Shown: positions 13,153-24,034 of the stretch, piece by piece
Layout of the letters: each line of letters starts with the position of its first letter
Position numbering within the stretch: position 1 is the first letter of the stretch
Origin: Sminthopsis crassicaudata
Taxonomy: Eukaryota
DNA: 64,000 nucleotides
NCBI RefSeq assembly: GCF_048593235.1
Contig: NC_133618.1
Span: forward strand, 388,944,562 to 389,008,561
Direction of reading: 5' to 3'
The notes under the pieces: model-generated
Told to the model about the DNA's origin: nothing
Database searches by the model: none
The model's input: the letters and a program-made list of their open reading frames with translations, nothing else
Program-made: the position numbers and the translations under genes

Positions 13153-16100
13153 TTAAACTTTTTTTCTCCTCTCTGTGACTTCTGTTGGGAGATAGGGGAG
13201 AATCAATGAAGCCCTGCTGGAGGATAAAGGCTGGTACCCCAGTCTCATCTCCCCTACTGGTATTCCTCTGTGGTTTAGGACAGAGCTCTAGGACATACTT
13301 GTGTCTCTACTTCTATTGTCTTCCCTATACTTTTCCTATTCATAGTCCTTACCCTGCTGGAGTTGCTTGTTCTGGACTTGGAGTTGTTGGTTCTGTGTGG
13401 CCAGAGAAATGGCATCTTGTAAAACTTCGGACAACAGGATTCGGTGATGGAGCTCCCTGGCAGCTGTCTGCTCCTTCCACAACTCCCGACAAGCCCGGAA
13501 CACCTATGTTTTTCATGGGTAGCTTTGTGATTAGAAGAATTCCAAGAAATCCCACCACCTACCTATTTAGCTGGGGCTTGAGTGCAGCCTGCCAGTATAA
13601 GATGTAGAATTCACAAATAGCATCCACTACTGACCTGCAGCATGTGGCAGGTCTGGGCCCGGGCTCCTTGCACATGCAGCTCATATAGAGCCTCTAGGTC
13701 CTGCTCAGCTGCATCTCGCTCCACTCTCAGTGCCTCCAACTTCAGGACCAGTGCTGTGTGGTCCTGTACCATCCGACTCTCAGCAGTCAGATCTGGGGCC
13801 TGTGATAGAAACCAGGTGTTTACTGAGGGAGAATAAGCCTACTCATCAGCCTTATACCTGGAGATGTGGGACTGACCTGATGTGTTGCTGTTTCCTTGTC
13901 CTGTCCCAACCAGCTTAGCTCCTCTTGGATCTGGGATTGGTGATGTTCCTGAAGCAGCTGCCTATGGGCCTGAGCTAACATAAACTGCAGGGCCACATCA
14001 GGGGCCTGTGAGACAGAACAAGGAGGACTTACATCCTAGTCTTTTCATCTGACCAAGTTCCATTTTCCTCTCCCTTAGAGCAGGAGTATTTAATCAGGGA
14101 TCCATTATATTTTAGGTATCTGTGAACTTGGATGAGGAAAAAAGATTATATATTTATTTTCACTAATTGTTAACTGAATCCTAGCATTTCCTTCAATTAT
14201 GAAAGTAGGCAACAAACCTCAATAGTATTTAAGCTTCACCAGATTGCCAGATTGGGACCACAACACAAAGAAGGTTTAAGAATTCCTGTTCTTCTGATAT
14301 ACAATGTTTTGCATGATTTCAAATATGTAATCGGTATCATATTGCTTGCTTTCTCAAAAGGGGAGGGGAAGGAAGAAAAGAGAGGGAGAAGTAAAATTTG
14401 AAACAAACAACAAAAAAAAGAATATTAAAAATAAAAATTTAGTTAGATTTTAAAAAGAATACCTGCCTAACTTCCCCCATTGGGGTCTATCGGTCTTCCC
14501 CAGTACAAGGTTCCCAATTATAATTACTATCCATACCACAGATTTAGGGGTTCAGCTCTAAAGGCTGTGTATTCCTGAGCAGTAAAATCATAACTACAGT
14601 CTAAGGGAGATGGTAGCTCCTAAAAGAAAAGGAGTTGTGGTCAGACCTCTGTATTGAAGTCCCAAGAACCTGAATCTAAATGTCTATTCTTTTATTTACT
14701 ACTTAGATAGTCTCAGAAAAATAACTTAATCTCTATTGTTCTCAATTTCCTTATCTGGAGAAAATGAGATTGGACTAGATTATCTAAAAGCTTCTTTTTA
14801 GCTCTATAATCCTGTGGTTCAAAAAATGATCACCTGTTCCCGATCATCACCACTCTCACCTAGATAAAACAATGGGACTTTCTCTCCCCCTTCTATAACT
14901 CAACATGCTCCTTTGTGATTCCTTTCCTCCTTTCAGACTTCATGGTATTTATTTTAACCCAATTTCACCCCCAGGAAGGGACATTACACAATGCCATTTG
15001 CCTTCTAGGGAACCCCCCCCATACTCCCTAAAGAAACAAATGAAGCTTTGCCTGTTTCTTGGAGCCCCCAAGAGGATAATTTCTTGATGCTGCTGGCAGG
15101 GGTGACTTCCTTCCCAGGTCCAGAGTTTCTGAAGTACCTGCTGCCAAAAAGAAATATTTTTATTCTAGGCAAAGACAGACAAAGCTGAAGAATCCCAAGG
15201 AAATAGTGTCTGGGATGTAGACCTGAGACTCACCTTGAAGATGCTTCTTGAAAACAGGGGAAAAGGCCTCTTCTAGTTCTAGCACCTAAATGGAGAATGT
15301 GTTGTAATGCAACACCTTCTCTCAAGCCTTCTCTCAAGGATGGAGAGATTTTCATTTTAGTGCAAAAGGTTTGTTTTAAGCAATTATAAATATCACTAAG
15401 GTATAATTGATAACATTGAAAAGAAAGGATTCTAAAATGACAACATACAAATAACAATAACAAACTTTTCAAAAGTTTAAGAATGTTGATCAACAAATGC
15501 CATGATTTATCTTGACTCCAGAGGACTCCTGATGAAACAGGCTACTTCCTGACCAGAGAGGAAAGAATGAAGGCCCATATTGCAACACATTTTTATAGAC
15601 ATGTCCAATGCAAGGATTTGTGATTTTTAAATGGACTATTTTAAGGCAGAGGCAGCTTGATCTAGTGGACAGAGTGCTGGACTTGCAGTCTAGAACATCT
15701 GGGTTTAAATCCTACAGTGACAAGCTAGGCCATGATTATATATACTTTAAATGACAGACAATTCTGTTAAAATTGATTTGTTTGTCCTTCCTTTTTCAAT
15801 AGGGGTAAAGAATAAGTAGGAAGGGAGAGAAAATTAATTCTTAATTGAAAAAAATGAAATTAAAATTTTAAACTAAGGAATAAGATGGTGACATCAGATG
15901 TTAGGTTGCAATAATATTCAGAATACTTATCTTTTTTCCTTCAAGATAAACAGGTATCCAAATAAATAGTTATCAGTGTTTTTTAGTTTGAGTATAGTGC
16001 TTGAGATAAAAGCAGGACTAAAAGGAATACCTAGTAATCCTAGGAAGGAAAATAGTAGGGAAACATCTTTGAAAGAAGATGGAGATCTAGGAATACCTTA

Positions 16101-19100
16101 GGTGGTATATGTACTCCTGGCCATACTCTTTCCTTTCTCTTGAAAATTTGAAAATTATTACTGTTCACTGAAGCCTTTGATCTCTGATTTATTGAAATAG
16201 GACTTTACATCACAAAAATCCCTGCTGCTATAGAAAATAGAATTTTCCATTAAAGTATACAAAGGAGATAGACTTTAACATGTTTATAATTTACACATAT
16301 TGCCTGAGGAGGCTCAGCAATATTAAGTCATCATGGCCCACTTTGTCACTGTAGGATTTGAACCCAGATGTTCTAAATTGCAAGTCCAGCACTCTGTCCA
16401 CAAGACCAAGCTGCCACTGCCTTAAAATAGACCATTTTTAAAAAGCCATAGTAAAGTATTCCTCTTTGTATCCCTAATGGCTGCTTGTCCTCTTGCCTAC
16501 TTCTAGTTCTGTACCAGCTTTGGAATCAAGTACATTGTGAAAGGGTGCTGTAAGAAGAGCCTGAGCCCCAGAGCATTGCAATGTGTGCATTGCAATGAGA
16601 AGACCATATCAAGATCAAGGGAACTGGAGCCAGATACCTGCAGGTTTGGAAGCCTGGTTACAGACGCTCCAGCTCGATTGAGCACCCTGGTCCCCCAGCT
16701 CCGGCTTTGGTTTTTCAGTACCTGTAAATAGCAGGTTCAGTCCATACTTTCCAGAACCCCTGATACCCTACATAGAGGGCTAGTGTCTAGTTCTGTCTCA
16801 CCTTCAATTCCCTGAGGACCAGGCTCAGCTGGGTAAGCTGGCTCTCCTGTAGAGTCGTTCCAGAAAGCCCAGAACGCAGCTCCTGAACAGTGGCGTAACG
16901 AGTGTGGATTTCTTCCAAAGCATCCCATAGTGTGGGAGAAATCTGTTTCCCCTGGCGGGGGTCCCGAACTCCTTCGGCCCCTGCTAGTGAGGCCAAGAGC
17001 AGACCCAAGGGGATGGCTGCCAGAGAGAATAGGCAAGGAGTGGGGCCACTTTAGGTAATGGGGGGGGCCTTTGATATAGTCAAAAAACAATCCTGTCCCC
17101 TCCTCCCAACCTCTCTTGCCAAGAATCACACTGAGCAGCCTCTTTCCACCGAACTGGCACTGAGTAAAAAGCCTGGATGAGGAGCCAATGCAGAGGCCAA
17201 AGCAGGATTTGGTAGCAGAACTTCCTGGTGATTCTCCCCAGAAAGGGTTAAGTCTCATTTCCTCATTTTTTCCTTCCCTCCCTTCTCTCCTTCATACCTC
17301 GGAGATCCAAGTGAAGCAACAGGCTGTTGTAACTATTTCCAAAGAGTAACTGAGTCACGATCCAAGGCAAGGAGCCAGTATGGGCCTTAGAAGCCTTCCC
17401 TGCCAGTACCAGCAATAAGGGGCAGTCCCTACAAGGAGTGACGGCTAAGGTCAGGCACAGTTTAGCTCCTAGTTATGGGTTAAGGAGAATAACTGTCCCT
17501 TATGTGGAACCCTCAAACTGCTGCCCTGGGCTTCACCCCAAGTTGGACTCACAGAGCTTCTGGAAGCTGCAGGACTCTCAATGAGCCTCGACACATGCTT
17601 CTGGCCCAGGGCCTCTTTATGATACTGGGCCCCAGGCAGGATATCGTCAAGGTGAGAAGGGAGCAGGCCCTGGAAGAGAAGATGGTTAAGTTAGTGGCAC
17701 TTCTTCTTAGATTGAGCTCTAAGTTTGTATTTCCTCCCCTCATCCTTTCTGCCAGAGTCCACAGGCTCACAGACCTGTCCAAGCCTTTCATTGCCCTGAG
17801 ATAAAGTTGGCAGCCAGACTTGAAATCAAGGATTTCTGCTTCACTCGCACCTTCTGCTACCCTGGGGGAAAAGGGGGAAATATATAAGTTTGGAGCACTC
17901 CTGGACTATAACCCTCTGCCATAGGTCCCTTCAAAGCATTAAATCCCAGACATAAGAACAAAATGAGCAGGTAACCCATAATCACATAGACAGACTAACC
18001 CTGAATAGGACAGCTGTACAGTGGAGAGAGCACCAGCTCTGAAGTCAGGAAGCCCTGAGTGCAAATATGGTCTCAGACACTTAACACTTTCTAGCTGTGT
18101 GACCCATCACAAGTCACTTAACNNNNNNNNNNNNNNNNNNNNNNNNNNNNNNNNNNNNNNNNNNNNNNNNNNNNNNNNNNNNNNNNNNNNNNNNNNNNNN
18201 NNNNNNNNNNNNNNNNNNNNNNNNNNNNNNNNNNNNNNNNNNNNNNNNNNNNNNNNNNNNNNNNNNNNNNNNNNNNNNNNNNNNNNNNNNNNNNCAAAAC
18301 TCAGTAGTCAGGCTTTTGTGGGAATGGTGCTAGGAGGTGGGGAGGAAGGGAGAGCAGTACTAAGAAAAGATATTCACAACCTGGGCAAAGTAGCATACTT
18401 ACAGACCCAGTGGGGACACATCCAGGAAATTCAGGTCACTAGTTCCAGGTAATAATAAGTCTCGACCCGTCCCACTAGAAGTGAGCTAAAGGGAAGGAGA
18501 AAATGTGAGGGATAAGTCTGTGTAGAACTCATAAAAACTTCCAAATCTTGGAGAAAACTTTTCAGGGCTCCTCAATTACTGAAAATGACTTTTAAGCTCT
18601 TTTCACCTGCACTAGACTTAGGGTCCGGAGGGAAGGTTCAGAAGCACTGTGAAGTTGAGTTTCCTCAAACAGCATTGCCAGCAGCTGGAAATTATTAAGG
18701 TAAAGGTGGAGTGGGGATGAGAGAAAAGATTGGTTCGGAGTCCAAACAAACCCAGACTATATGGTTAGGTAAGGTGGATTCTAGATCCTCACCTGAGGAA
18801 CCAGATCCAATTGCTTGGCTTCTCTTCCCCTAATGATTACAGACACACTGTAACCTCTGGATACTGAGCCCAACACAGCCCGAATGTTCTTCATAAACTC
18901 CTGCTCTGCTTCCTAAATTAATAGGCAGGAGTTCACCTTTTTGGGGAAAGAAATCATCTCCCTGTTCCACCAGGTTCCTAGATCTTCAGATTTGGTTACC
19001 CTACTCTTCCTTTGTCCCAGCCCATGTTCCCCTCCTCTCCCCGAAATAGCATTCTCCGACTTGGAAAGGCATAGAAAATTGTCTCAAGAGCAGTATGGGG

Positions 19101-19700
19101 TATGATGTTAAGAACCAACAGAATAAGACAAGTGGCACAAGGGCTTGCCCCCCCCCACCTTTCTCCCCTCTCCCGCCTTCTTATTTTACCTGTGCATGTT
19201 CTGGGCCTAGGACTCGGTCAAATGTGAATCGATGCTCCTAGATGTAAGACCAGAGTTATGAAGATCAATTCTCATTTACAGCCTCTTTTTCCTCCATCCA
19301 TTTTTCCCACCTTTCCCAACCCCAACAATACCAGAGTCTCAGGTTCTCCTAGATCTAGCAAGAGCATTTTAGAACCATGTAGAAGGAATCTGAGGCTTCC
19401 AGTGTCATGACCTATAATAGAGAGTTCACTGTAACATTCTGTTTTTTTGGTTTGTTTGTTTGGTTTTTTTTCCATGCTGACAGCAGAAAACAGCCCCAGC
19501 CTACCACCTCCAGGATTCCTTCTAGGCTTGACCTCTTAGAAGGAATTTCTCACCTGCCTCTGACAAGGATGTTGCTTTTACAACCACTGTTACTGTTGCA
19601 GACCCAACCTGGAAGGGAGAGAAGATAATGAGGCCCCGAGCCTGAGCCAAAAGGAAGGTTCGGAGGGGAAGTTTCTGCTCACCTGCTCACTGCCAGCCAT
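13153..19700 (-). CDS. Kinesin-like protein with degenerate motor domain and C-terminal coiled coils (about 595 aa, 19 coding exons)
   Basis: Phase-compatible exons, 5' to 3': 19700-19683, 19608-19554, 19411-19332, 19237-19190, 18912-18793, 18684-18607, 18485-18403, 17861-17775, 17669-17553, 17428-17298, 17016-16802, 16721-16638, 16560-16501 (tentative), 15285-15234, 15137-15052 (GC donor), 14005-13877, 13799-13635, 13503-13353, 13181-13153. The total is 1788 nt with no internal stop. Kinesin-like segments include EHRFTFDRVLGPEHAQ, GSVSRGYSVSVIIRG, GRDLLLP, VAEGASEAEI, RACSLLTLTI and LLFGNSYNSLLLHL. The position between SLC35A4 and CD14 matches mouse E230025N22Rik as recalled. Confidence 0.85.
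18010..18122 (+). mobile_element. WSINE1-like SINE truncated by an assembly gap (intron of the kinesin-like gene)
   Basis: gtggagagagcaccagctctgaagtcaggaag...caagtcacttaac. Confidence 0.8.
18123..18294. other. Assembly gap (N run)
   Basis: 172 N. It is intronic, and the flanking exon phases join without needing a hidden exon. Confidence 0.99.
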
Positions 19701-19919
19701 GATTCTGGAGTCTCTAGGATTCTACTCAATAATTCATGACCCATCTGGTGGTTTCAGGGCGGGGTTTGCTGTCAGTATCCAACAGGATATTTTCAGTGTT
19801 CTTCTTCTGTTGCCCCTAAGTCATCAAGTTCTCAATATAATTGATTCCACACACATGTCTCCCCTAGGGAAGTGAAGTCAGAATTTCTAGATGAAGAAAA
19901 AAAAAGGGGGAGAAGAAAA

Positions 19920-20290
19920 GAGGTTCATCCCCCCCCTTTCAATAGTATAGTTTTCAACATTCATTTTTCTAAGATTTTGGGTTTCACATTTTTTCTCCCT
20001 TCCTCTCCGATTTCCCACAACAGCAAGCAATCTGATATGGGTTATATATGCACAATCATTTTTAAGCATATTTCCAAATTAATTGTGTTAGGAAACAAAA
20101 ATCACATCAAAAGAAGGAAACCACAGGAAAGAAAAAGCAAATCAAAAAAAGTGAAAATAGCATGCTTCCATCAGCTTTCAACCTCCATAGTTCTTTCCTT
20201 GGATGCATATGGCATTTTCCATCCCAAGTCTATTGGAATTGTCTTGGATCATTGCAATGCTAAGAACTAAGTGTCTCATAATTTTGCTGT
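19920..20290 (-). mobile_element. LINE-1 3' UTR fragment
   Basis: Typical marsupial L1 3' UTR tract on the minus strand. Boundaries are approximate. Confidence 0.7.
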
Positions 20291-20708
20291 TTCTGTGATA
20301 GAGGTTCCTAACATTTTTCATGAATCCCTTAATGTTTTGAAATGCTTAAAGTTATTACAAAGAAAACAAGTTATATTTAAGCGTAGAGGACTTTGTGGGT
20401 TTTTTTCCCTTAAATTCAGGAACTTCAGGGTAAGAATCTCTGGATTCGATAAACTCCAAACTTCCTTAAAGTATGAGTTTATGACTCCAGGAAGTTAGCT
20501 TCCAGTTGTGACGCTGGGGAAGCAATAGACCAGCCCTCTGCCTGGGGCTCTTCTGCTTTTTGAGGGCCTGTCCCAGTTGTGGCAGATTTTCCCTCCTCCT
20601 CCTTCCCATCCGGGCCCCGTCTTCAAATCCAGTGTATCTGAACTAGTCTTAAGAGCTGCTGGGAAGAAAGAAATGAGTTGCAGACATTTTGTTTCTCAGT
20701 TATTAGGT

Positions 20709-20714
20709 TTTATT
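20709..20714 (-). terminator. CD14 polyA signal AATAAA
   Basis: tttatt on the + strand, about 150 nt past the CD14 stop codon. Confidence 0.7.
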
Positions 20715-20864
20715 GTGGTGGTTGATTTTTTTTTTTTTGTTTTTTTTTTAAGGAAAAGTAGTAAGAGACCGATATCAGGTTACACTGCAATGCCTGGAAT
20801 CATAAAGCAATCAGGGGGACTTGGACTGTTTTCCTTTCCTCCCCACTTAGCTCTCCAGCTGCCT

Positions 20865-22920
20865 TCAGGCAAATCCTCTGACCCCGCACAGCAGCACCAA
20901 GGCTGCGGTCCCAGAGACCTGAAAGGCTAGCGGCGAGCCCACGGAGGGCCTGCTTCCTCTGGAAGGAACTCCTTCACAGTCCTCCGACGCTTCCTCCCTC
21001 CGCGACCTGGCTAACGCACTGCTTTGGGTAAAGGGGTTTCCTTCGAGGACCAGCTCGGTCCCCTGGTCCTTTAGGACCGGCTGCTTCGTCAGCAGGTTGT
21101 AGCTTAGGACCAGCTGCTGTAGCTTGTGTGGCAGAGACTTCGGCACACACCTCAGCTTTGCGTGGGACAAGTTAAGGGAGGTCAGGGTGGGTGGCCAGGT
21201 GCACTGAACGGAGGGAGCATTGCTCAGCTCGTTATAACTGATGTCCAGTCGCTGCACTTTTAGCCCCTTCGCCTCCAGACCCCGGCACACTCCTCCCAGG
21301 GACTGGAGGCTGGTGTTCCTAAGCGCCAGCTCCCGCAGCTCCTGGAGCTCCTTGAGGCAGAGGGCCGCGGTTAAGCCACTCTCTCCGATTTCTGGATTGT
21401 CCGACAGATCTAGAGAGTTTAATTCCTTGAAGGGGGCCAAGATGGAGCAGGGCACATTGCTCAGGCCCGAATCAGTCAAGCTCAGCGTCTTCAGTCCGGG
21501 TTTTAGCCAAGTCGATATCGCCGCTATTAAATTGCTCTCTCCGGCTAGCGACACTCTGTTGAGCTTCAAGGCTTTCAGGGCCAGGGCCTCATCACCAGGA
21601 GATCGCGGTTGGAGGGGCGGGTGCGAAACCCCCAGATCTTCCAGCGCCAGCTCCTGAGTCCGCGTGTAGGTCAGCGCCTGCAGGAGCTGGTACAGAAGGG
21701 GAGCCGGGACCTGGGCATCTTTTAGCTTCAGCCGTCTCAGGCGCAGCGATCGCAGCAAGTCTGCGGCTTTTCTGATGTCGGCATCGCCGCCTTTCGGCAA
21801 AAAGATTTCCAAGTTGTGACCGCCCCCGTGGATCTCCACCTCTATAGAGGAAAGGCACATCTGAAGACTATTCCAGTTGGGCTCCGGGGTGGAAAAGTTG
21901 CAGAAGCAGTTATCACCCTCTTCGTCCAGGATGCAAGTGGCTGAGGATGGCCAGGGAAGCACCAGCAGGGAGGAGAGCAGCAGCAGCGACAACCGCTGCC
22001 AGGGGACCTGGGAATGACATCAGCTGTTAATCTCAAGGCTAGCTAGTCCGCTGCTGGGAAACAGGAGAATCAGGGCAGCCGGAATGGCCGAAGTATTAGT
22101 GTCCAGGTCCAAAAGGTGACCCCCAAAGTTAGTCACAGATGGGTGTGGCCAGGTTTCTCAAAAGAATTTCCACTCTTGAACCCATCTCCAAGTCAAGGGG
22201 CAAAGTTTATTGTAATCATAACGCCAATGGAAGAAGGCTAAGTTCCTAACGGATTTAGCAAAGAACCGGGGGCTTGGGACAAATTTATCCAGTTCTTAAA
22301 GTAGATGGTATGCTAATTTTATAGTCCCGAGGTAAATTGCAGAGTGTCTATTCACTATTGTCTCAGGAATTTGGTTGTCACTGACCAGTGTTTCCTATAT
22401 CTGTCAGTAATATTTGTAGGACTATTCTAAAGGGAGGAAGACCTTAGAATCTATAACAGATTGTTAGAACAAAAGCACTCCAAAGTCGGGAGACCTCATC
22501 ACTGCTGTTTCCCCTAGAAGCATTAGGACTACTTTAACCTCAGAACCCAGCCCAAAGACTTCATTTTCTCTTTTTTCAAATACTATCTTTCCCCAATCCT
22601 CTCCCAGCCTCCCGCTCAACAACCCTAGTTAAGTAGCTCCAGACCAGCGCTGAAAAGCTTTAGGGTTTGGGAGAGGCACAGATAGAAAACTGGACCAGGG
22701 ATCCAGAGGATAGTCTCAGACATTTCCCAGGTGTGTCACCCTGTTTACCTCAGTTCCTCATCAGTAAAAATCATTTTAAAATGAGCTGGAGAAGGAAATG
22801 GCAAGCCACTGGAGTATCTTTGCCAAAACAAACAAAAACCCAAATGAGATCATAGAGAGTCGAACAGAGTTAACAACAAAAGTGGGGGGGAGGTAAGGTG
22901 CGACATAGAACACTCACCAT
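20865..22920 (-). CDS. CD14: Monocyte differentiation antigen CD14 (381 aa)
   Basis: Exon 1 contributes only the ATG (22920-22918, Kozak ccaccATG, donor GTGAGT). The intron is 22917-22008 and exon 2 is 22007-20865. The protein has a signal peptide, N-terminal CILDEEGDNCFCNFSTPEPNW, LRRs (LDLSDNP, LDISYN, LNLS, LVLSYN, LEGNPF) and a GPI-type tail VSGTAALVLLCGVRGFA. An ATG-only first exon is the known CD14 structure. Confidence 0.96.
22690..22880 (+). mobile_element. MAR1/MIR-type SINE in the CD14 intron
   Basis: aaatgagctggagaaggaaatggcaagccact...gtatctttgccaa...agagtcgaaca is the RTE-derived tail of MAR1. Confidence 0.75.
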
Positions 22921-23257
22921 GGTGGGGCCTGGTGCTCTGGTACCTATACTCCTTTTCTGCTTAGAGCTGGGCTATCTGGCTCTTGTCTTATTCAGTCTTG
23001 GGTTTTGAAAGATCTTAGGCTTTTCTATACTGTGTTATTAAACCCAAATCTTGTTTCTCCACCCCAACTTCCTCTCTGCTTAGTTTTGCAATCAAGGATG
23101 TCAGTACCAAGCAGGGCCAATCCTGGGACATGGGGGCACCAGGAAAACAAACACGGGGTTTTCCCCTCAGCCCGACTTAGTCCTCCAGCTCTTTATTACT
23201 CTCCCATCCCTAAGTTCTGCCTAGTTTGTTTCTAGTCTGGTTGGAGATAGATAGAAT

Positions 23258-24016
23258 TGAAGGGGGAGTGAAACTCAGTTCCCTTTAAAATTAACACTCT
23301 GAAACTGTGTTCCTTTTTTATCTTGGAGTCTCAGGCCTTCCTGGGAAAGCATATCTCCCTAGATAAGTTGTGTCATTATTCAATTAGAAATCTTGGTCAA
23401 AAAGCATCCCACTGATCTTCTGGGGAAGCCCGACTTTTATAAATTCTAATTGGAGATCTGGGCCAGATATTGATAAGCATCTAGGTCTGGGGACTTTGAC
23501 TTTCTTTTCAACCTGAAACTTGTGCCTCAAGATTCCTTTTTAAAGGGCAATTTCTGAACTCATTCTTTTTTTTTTTTAATTTTATTTATAAATTTTTTGA
23601 CATTATATATGCATGAGTAATATTTTTTTATAACATTATCCCTTGTATTCATTTTTCCAAATTATCCTCTCCCTCCCTCTACTCCCTCCCCTTGATGACA
23701 GGCAATCCCATATATTTTACATGTTGAACTCATTCTTTGCAGAATGTCCAAAGTAGAACCCTGCCTGCTTGATGGGGGTTGAGGTCCCTTTAAGATTCCT
23801 TTCTGATTCCCCAACCCTCATGGTGCTGAGAAGGCATTCTCTTCTCAGTGCCAGCCTCCATTCCCCTAATAGGACTTTGCTACTAAAGAAGTCAGTCTCT
23901 TAGCAAAACTGGCTTCCTATCCAACAATAAACTTCCATTTTTGCCATTAATATTTTGGGATTCGTGTATTCTTTCACCAAGAATCTGCACCTCCAACCAA
24001 AAGGGGATTTTCATCA
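23258..24016 (+). mobile_element. Solo ERV LTR (copy 1) with a nested L1 tail at 23569-23724
   Basis: Termini TGAAGGGGGAG...TCATCA, 4-bp TSD gaat (23254-57 / 24017-20) and an internal AATAAA. The nested L1 tail has TSD tgaactcattcttt (23555-68 / 23725-38). Confidence 0.88.
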
Positions 24017-24034
24017 GAATCACTGGGTATCCAC

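Noticed and set aside
14006-14070. Extra mini-exon ending at GTAAGT just upstream of the 14005 exon
   Set aside because: The implied intron would be only 27 nt and the phase does not fit.
16737-17258. 173-aa minus-strand ORF as a stand-alone gene
   Set aside because: It crosses introns and is in the wrong frame. The real exon (17016-16802) is in the frame of the smaller 16787-17008 ORF.
18021-18452. ORFs spanning N runs (also 23941-24281)
   Set aside because: They are artefacts of assembly gaps.
21241-21858. Antisense and alternate-frame ORFs over CD14
   Set aside because: They are shadows of a GC-rich coding exon with no independent signals.
20865-21992. CD14 start at the TTG given in the ORF track
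   Set aside because: An in-frame acceptor at 22007 and an ATG|GTGAGT exon with a perfect Kozak context at 22920 give the known CD14 structure.
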